Shown here piece after piece: positions 59,381 to 64,000 of a stretch of DNA of 64,000 nucleotides (position 1 is the stretch's first letter; every line of letters begins with the position of its first letter). Location of the stretch: positions 44,368-108,367 of the forward strand of contig DAOMQA010000003.1 of the NCBI GenBank assembly GCA_035445085.1, in the 5' to 3' direction. The position numbers were made by a program, and so were the translations under genes. The notes beneath the pieces are model-generated. The model made no database searches. It was not told where the DNA came from and saw nothing but the letters and a program-made list of their open reading frames with translations. This DNA comes from Candidatus Kapaibacterium sp. Lineage in GTDB: Bacteria; Bacteroidota; Ignavibacteria; Kapaibacteriales; UBA2268.

Positions 59381-61843
59381 GTGGAAAATTTACCAATTAT
59401 ATTAGATGAAAATTTAGACGTACTTAATAAAATAATGTATGATGGTATTGTTATACACCGTGACGGTAAATTTGTATATTTAAATGAACATGCTCTCAAA
59501 GAACTTGAAGCAGACTCAAAAGAAGATTTAATTGGGAAGAGTGTTCTATCTATTATTAAGCCACAGTATTTAGAATTAGTGATAGAGAGGCTCAAAAAAT
59601 TAGAAAAATTGCGTTCGTTGCCACCAGAGCTGATAGAACTTACTACAATCAAGGGCAATTCATTGTTTGTAGAGATATCTACTAGTGCTGTAATTTACGA
59701 AAATCAACTTTCATTTTTAATTTATAGCAAAAATCTAAATGAGATTGTAAAAAAGAATAATGAACTTGCTAATTACCAAAGTCAATTGAATGCAGTTATC
59801 AAATCTATACCAGACATCTTGTTTATAATTGATAAAGATTTGATAGTTAAAGGTATGTTTGCTAATGACCCTTCTAAGCTGTTTTTATCTCAAGACAAGG
59901 TCGTTAATAAAAATATAATAAATGTGTTGCCTCCTCACGTTTATTTAGCCTGCAAAAGATGTATAGAAGATGTCTTTGATACTAAAGAGGACAAGATAAT
60001 ACATTACGAAGCTGAATTTAACAATCGTATAAGCTACTTTGAATTTAGGGCTACTCTGAAAAATAGCGATGAAGTTCTAGCTATTGTACGTGATGTAAGC
60101 AAGGAGACTCAATTAGTAAATGAACAACGCTATACAGATGGCTTTCAACAACTGCTTACAGGCTTAGCGTTTGAATTTCTAAATACGAACATTAGTAATT
60201 TTGAAGTCATAATAAATTCTTCCTTAGAGAAATTAGCTAAATTCTTGGAATTAGATGATATTACATTTGTTGAATATGAACTTAATAAGAGTTTGGTTAA
60301 GCCAATTTATAAATGGGGTATAAGCGATAAAGCTAATTTCGATAAAATTTATACAGAAGTACCTACTGAATTGTTTTCAAATTGGATTACTTCTCACTTT
60401 AGAGGTTCACATTACTTCTTAAATGATATAGAAAACTCTAAGGTTAATAAAAATATTATCTATTTCTTTAGTAAATTGGTTGTTAGTTCGCATTTGTCTA
60501 TTCCTATCTTCAAACACTTAGAATGTATCGGTTTTATAAGCTTAGAAAAGCGATATGACAAGAAGCAATATAGCGAGGCTGAGATAAAATTAATTAATAT
60601 CTTTGCCAAATTACTTGGTAATTTATTTAGTCGTTTGCATAATCTTGCTTTGCTTGAAGATAAAAATATTGAATTAGAAAAAGCTAAGATTAAGAACAAT
60701 CGTTTAATAAAAGAATTGCGGGATGAAATTCTTGAGAGAAAACAGATTGAAGAAGAACTTTCGGTAAGTAAAAGACAGTTAGAGGCTACTATTCAGAATT
60801 CTCCAGTAATTGCTATTCAGTGGTATAATAACAAAGGAGAAATAATTTTTTGGAATAAAGCATCAGAGCAAATATTTGGTTATTCCGAAAAAGATGTATT
60901 AGGCAAAACTTTGCAAGATTTATATATGACTTACGAGGAGCATAAAGAGTACTTAAAATCTCTTCAACAAATTGAGATTACAAACAAACCTATTGGTCCT
61001 TACGAAAGTCAAATAATTAAGAAAGACGGCACCATTGGTTGGCTGTTATCAACTACTTTTATAATACCTGGGAAAAATCAGGAAAATATATATGTTTGTA
61101 TGGATGCCGATATTAGCAAGCAGAAGGAACTTTTTTTACAATTAAGTAATGTAGTTAGCGAAAAAGATAAATTCCTTTCTATTATAGCCCACGACCTAAA
61201 ATCGCCATTTACTGGCTTTCTTGGTATGACACAGATGCTGTCGAATGATTTCCATAAATTGAATTTAAATGAAATTCAAGAAATATCAGGTAATTTATAC
61301 GAATCGGCTGAAAATTTATATAAACTATTGGAAAATCTTTTAGAATGGTCCCGCTTGCAAAGAGGACTAACTGCCACAAATAAAGAAGAGTTAGATATAT
61401 ATAATTTGGTCAATAATAATATTAATTTACAAAAAATCAAAATTGAGCAAAAGGAAATCTCTATTCGCAACAAGGTAAATCAGGATTTGCGATTTTTTGC
61501 AGATATGAATATGGTTAATGCTATTCTAAGAAACTTCATTTCAAATGCTGTTAAGTTTACAAATCGTGGAGGCTCTATTTCTATTTATTATGAGGAGGAT
61601 GTGTCTTTCAATATTATTGTGGTTGAAGACAATGGTATAGGCATCCCAGATGATATACGTAATTCATTGTTTACTTTAACAAAGAAAGTATCAAGATTAG
61701 GTACCGAAGGCGAGCTTAGTACTGGGCTTGGACTTATTCTTTGCAAAGAATATGTTGAAAAACATAATGGTAAAATATGGGTGCAAAGCACTCCCGACCA
61801 TGGAAGTAAATTTTACTTTTCTATACCCAAAACTAAGTTCTAA
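59381..61843 (+). CDS. Cytoplasmic PAS-PAS-GAF-PAS histidine kinase
   Basis: PAS-like segments (DLIGKSVLSII; WNKASEQIFGYSEKDVLGK), SIIAHDLKSPF, RNFISNAVKFT, DNGIGI, GLGL. Confidence 0.9.
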   Translation: MENLPIILDENLDVLNKIMYDGIVIHRDGKFVYLNEHALKELEADSKEDLIGKSVLSIIKPQYLELVIERLKKLEKLRSLPPELIELTTIKGNSLFVEISTSAVIYENQLSFLIYSKNLNEIVKKNNELANYQSQLNAVIKSIPDILFIIDKDLIVKGMFANDPSKLFLSQDKVVNKNIINVLPPHVYLACKRCIEDVFDTKEDKIIHYEAEFNNRISYFEFRATLKNSDEVLAIVRDVSKETQLVNEQRYTDGFQQLLTGLAFEFLNTNISNFEVIINSSLEKLAKFLELDDITFVEYELNKSLVKPIYKWGISDKANFDKIYTEVPTELFSNWITSHFRGSHYFLNDIENSKVNKNIIYFFSKLVVSSHLSIPIFKHLECIGFISLEKRYDKKQYSEAEIKLINIFAKLLGNLFSRLHNLALLEDKNIELEKAKIKNNRLIKELRDEILERKQIEEELSVSKRQLEATIQNSPVIAIQWYNNKGEIIFWNKASEQIFGYSEKDVLGKTLQDLYMTYEEHKEYLKSLQQIEITNKPIGPYESQIIKKDGTIGWLLSTTFIIPGKNQENIYVCMDADISKQKELFLQLSNVVSEKDKFLSIIAHDLKSPFTGFLGMTQMLSNDFHKLNLNEIQEISGNLYESAENLYKLLENLLEWSRLQRGLTATNKEELDIYNLVNNNINLQKIKIEQKEISIRNKVNQDLRFFADMNMVNAILRNFISNAVKFTNRGGSISIYYEEDVSFNIIVVEDNGIGIPDDIRNSLFTLTKKVSRLGTEGELSTGLGLILCKEYVEKHNGKIWVQSTPDHGSKFYFSIPKTKF

Positions 61844-62880
61844 AAAGGATATAGTAAATAAAATCTTGTTCCATCATTGCTAAATTCTACTGCTGGTGCT
61901 GGTAACTTAAAATGATTTAACGTTTGCCTTAACCAATTCCAAAATGGAACACCGTCTGGCAGTATCTTAACTAAATCATAATCTAAGCCTATAATATAGC
62001 GTGGACTACCTAATACTCCATTTGAATAAATCTGTCCCCGTGATAAATCACAATTTAAACTTGGATCATTTGTGTCGCATAAATTTCTAACTGCTACACC
62101 AAACGTTAATTGCAACCAAGAGGGCCAATAACTTTTTAATTCGCTTGGTAACATATTGTGTACATTCAAAGACCAATAGAAGGTATGAGAAGAATAATCA
62201 TCTACAAAAAATGAGTGTGGTTTTCTAGGTAATTCACCGTGCCAATTGGCAGGGATGTACATAAATTTAGGTGTAATATTCTGAAGAAATGGGATATAAT
62301 GTTGCAACATAAAAAATAGTGAGCCAGCCACATTAGAATAAAAATCTGACGGACTAAACCCCCAACCAGCAGCAAAGCCGTCCATTACTTCTACATAAGC
62401 CGTATATAATATGCCAAGTGAAGGTCCTAATACGAAAGATAAGTCATAATCAAAACCTGACCATAGGAACATCTCTGTAAAGAAGTAGGAACTTAAGTAT
62501 GCTCCATAAGTATGGCCTACTTTGTCAATATACAGAGCGTAATTCCCATCTTCTATGAATCTAAACTTCCCTGTTTCGCTCCAAATACTATTTTTTTGAA
62601 CTATATGTTGCACTGTCATATAGGATAAGGTTGCGCCAGCAAAGATTGCAAAATTTGTCGGTCTAATATGTGTTTCTCTATTCGGCAGTATGCCCGTGAA
62701 AGTTGTCCTATAATTATCGCCATACATAAATTCCGATTTAAGGATAGTAAATGTCGTGTCAATATTTGTATCTATAGATTGTGCTTCTTGTTGGGTGCTA
62801 TCAGCAATTTGTATCAATTCTTCCGAAAATGTAATATTTATAGAATAAATTAAACTAATTAAAATTATTATATACTTCAT
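61840..62880 (-). CDS. DUF2279 (YfiM-like) protein
   Basis: DKVGHTYGAY, EVMDGF..WGFSPSDFYSNVAG, DDYSSHTFYWS; likely ATG at 62880. Confidence 0.72.
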   Translation of the reverse strand: MKYIIILISLIYSINITFSEELIQIADSTQQEAQSIDTNIDTTFTILKSEFMYGDNYRTTFTGILPNRETHIRPTNFAIFAGATLSYMTVQHIVQKNSIWSETGKFRFIEDGNYALYIDKVGHTYGAYLSSYFFTEMFLWSGFDYDLSFVLGPSLGILYTAYVEVMDGFAAGWGFSPSDFYSNVAGSLFFMLQHYIPFLQNITPKFMYIPANWHGELPRKPHSFFVDDYSSHTFYWSLNVHNMLPSELKSYWPSWLQLTFGVAVRNLCDTNDPSLNCDLSRGQIYSNGVLGSPRYIIGLDYDLVKILPDGVPFWNWLRQTLNHFKLPAPAVEFSNDGTRFYLLYPF

Positions 62881-62980
62881 ATAATATTTGGTATAATATT
62901 TGTTAAAATACAAATATAAATAATGTTTATTAATTACATATAAAATATAGCTTTAAATGTCAAAATAGTTAGTCAATATG

Positions 62981-63011
62981 TTTGAAAAATTAAATTAAAT
63001 AGTTAATTTTG
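62981..63011 (+). promoter_or_regulatory. Bacteroidota-type sigma70 promoter for rodZ
   Basis: TTTG (62981-62984), 19-nt spacer, TAATTTTG (63004-63011); matches TTTG-N19-21-TAnnTTTG. Confidence 0.65.
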
Positions 63012-63030
63012 TAAATGGCTCTGGTATACA

Positions 63031-64000
63031 ATGAATGAATTAGGTAGCAAATTAAGAGATGCACGCTTATCAAGAAATCTTGGTTTAAAGCAAGTAAGCG
63101 ACGATACTAAAATTAGACTCCATATCTTAAAAGATATAGAGAATGGTGATTTTAGTAGCGTTCCAGAGGTTTATATGAAATCTTTTATTAAAACTTTAAC
63201 CCAATATTATAAGATTTCATTAGATAGCCCAGATATTAATATTAAAAGCTCTGATAAGCCTATTTCAAGTGCTATTCAAAATGAAACGCAAGAGGTAATC
63301 AAACCAAAAGACGCTAAGGCGTTAATTCAATTTAATGATAATAGCACAGATGAAGTTATTCCTACTCCCAAAAGAGTAGTTGATCCAGCCGTAGCAGAAT
63401 GGGCCGCAAAATATAAAAAGACTTATATAGAAAAACCGCAAAAGCAGGCAAAAATTAAAAAAGTAAATAAGGTCTCACTTTCTAACTATATTCTTTATGG
63501 GATGTTATTTGTTGCTATCGCCACAGCTATTGCGATTACCATATTTTCATTATTAGATAATCCAGACAAGCAAAACGAATTAACGCAAACTAATAATTCA
63601 AGTAATGATACGGTAAAAATTGAAGCCAAGAAAGATAATTTGCTATCGTATTTCAAAAATAATGATTCTTTGTCTCTAAAAGCTGTTGCTAAAGATACCG
63701 CGTGGGTTAGATTGATTATAGACGATAGTAAATATATTGAAGAGATAATGAGACCAGGTGATAATAAGGAATGGTTCGCGTCGGAACAATTCAAGATAGA
63801 CGTGGGCAATGCAGGGGCTATTTCTTTCTATCGTAATGGTGAACAATTGCCTATGTTTGGAAGACCTGGTACAGTAGCAAAAAATATCAAAATTACTAAG
63901 GATAATATAATATCTATTGCTTCAATACAGCCCAAAGATACTTCAAATATAGTAAAAAAGCCTAAGCAAAAGAAAAAAGTTGAGCAAGACACAAAAGAAC
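63031..64000 (+). CDS. rodZ: RodZ-like protein (HTH_25 + TM + DUF4115), 3' end outside the window; not in the ORF track
   Basis: My translation: MNELGSKLRDARLSRNLGLKQVSDDTKIRLHILKDIENGDF...YMKSFIK, TM helix, then AWVRLIIDD...DVGNAGAISFYRNG; no stop before 64000. Confidence 0.88.
   Translation, partial: MNELGSKLRDARLSRNLGLKQVSDDTKIRLHILKDIENGDFSSVPEVYMKSFIKTLTQYYKISLDSPDINIKSSDKPISSAIQNETQEVIKPKDAKALIQFNDNSTDEVIPTPKRVVDPAVAEWAAKYKKTYIEKPQKQAKIKKVNKVSLSNYILYGMLFVAIATAIAITIFSLLDNPDKQNELTQTNNSSNDTVKIEAKKDNLLSYFKNNDSLSLKAVAKDTAWVRLIIDDSKYIEEIMRPGDNKEWFASEQFKIDVGNAGAISFYRNGEQLPMFGRPGTVAKNIKITKDNIISIASIQPKDTSNIVKKPKQKKKVEQDTKE

Noticed and set aside
8641-61791. The many other short antisense or nested ORFs in the track (e.g. 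8641-8997, 10806-11201, 23726-24049, 26097-26585)
   Set aside because: They lie opposite well-supported genes and show no motifs; expected by chance.
63495-63809. 104-aa minus-strand ORF
   Set aside because: Antisense to the uncalled rodZ-like gene, which has clear HTH and DUF4115 motifs.
1-64000. rRNA, tRNA or tmRNA genes
   Set aside because: No intergenic segment shows a cloverleaf, a T-loop GTTCGA in context, or rRNA-like sequence by eye; tRNAscan-SE or barrnap would confirm.

Overview
AT-rich bacterial DNA (roughly 30% GC by eye), most likely from the Bacteroidota/Chlorobiota/Ignavibacteria-Kapabacteria group. This is an inference from T9SS C-terminal domains, TTTG-N19-TAnnTTTG promoters, a fused ccoNO, alternative complex III and a eukaryote-like citrate synthase. 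1-4404 is a cbb3 oxidase operon. 10743-25759 is an alternative complex III + A2-type heme-copper oxidase operon. Between them (4397-10477) lies a minus-strand, integrase-less, integron-like cassette array. Its left attC-like core overlaps the stop codon of the last cbb3 gene. It carries mostly defence cargo: an internally deleted type IIG R-M gene, a type II REase+MTase pair, an orphan gene and a frameshifted GmrSD-like DUF262 gene. Two of its four junctions are unusual ~250-bp composite sites (attC-like arm + AT-rich palindromic attI-like module); I regard these as the most novel signal. The remainder is housekeeping and envelope genes (purM, dut, citrate synthase, coaX, birA, lpxH, rodZ), several large T9SS-secreted proteins, a broken Omp28-type gene, two orphan histidine kinases and a stand-alone STAND-like ATPase. 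I saw no rRNA, tRNA, CRISPR array or transposase. All family assignments come from motif recognition; no database search was run.
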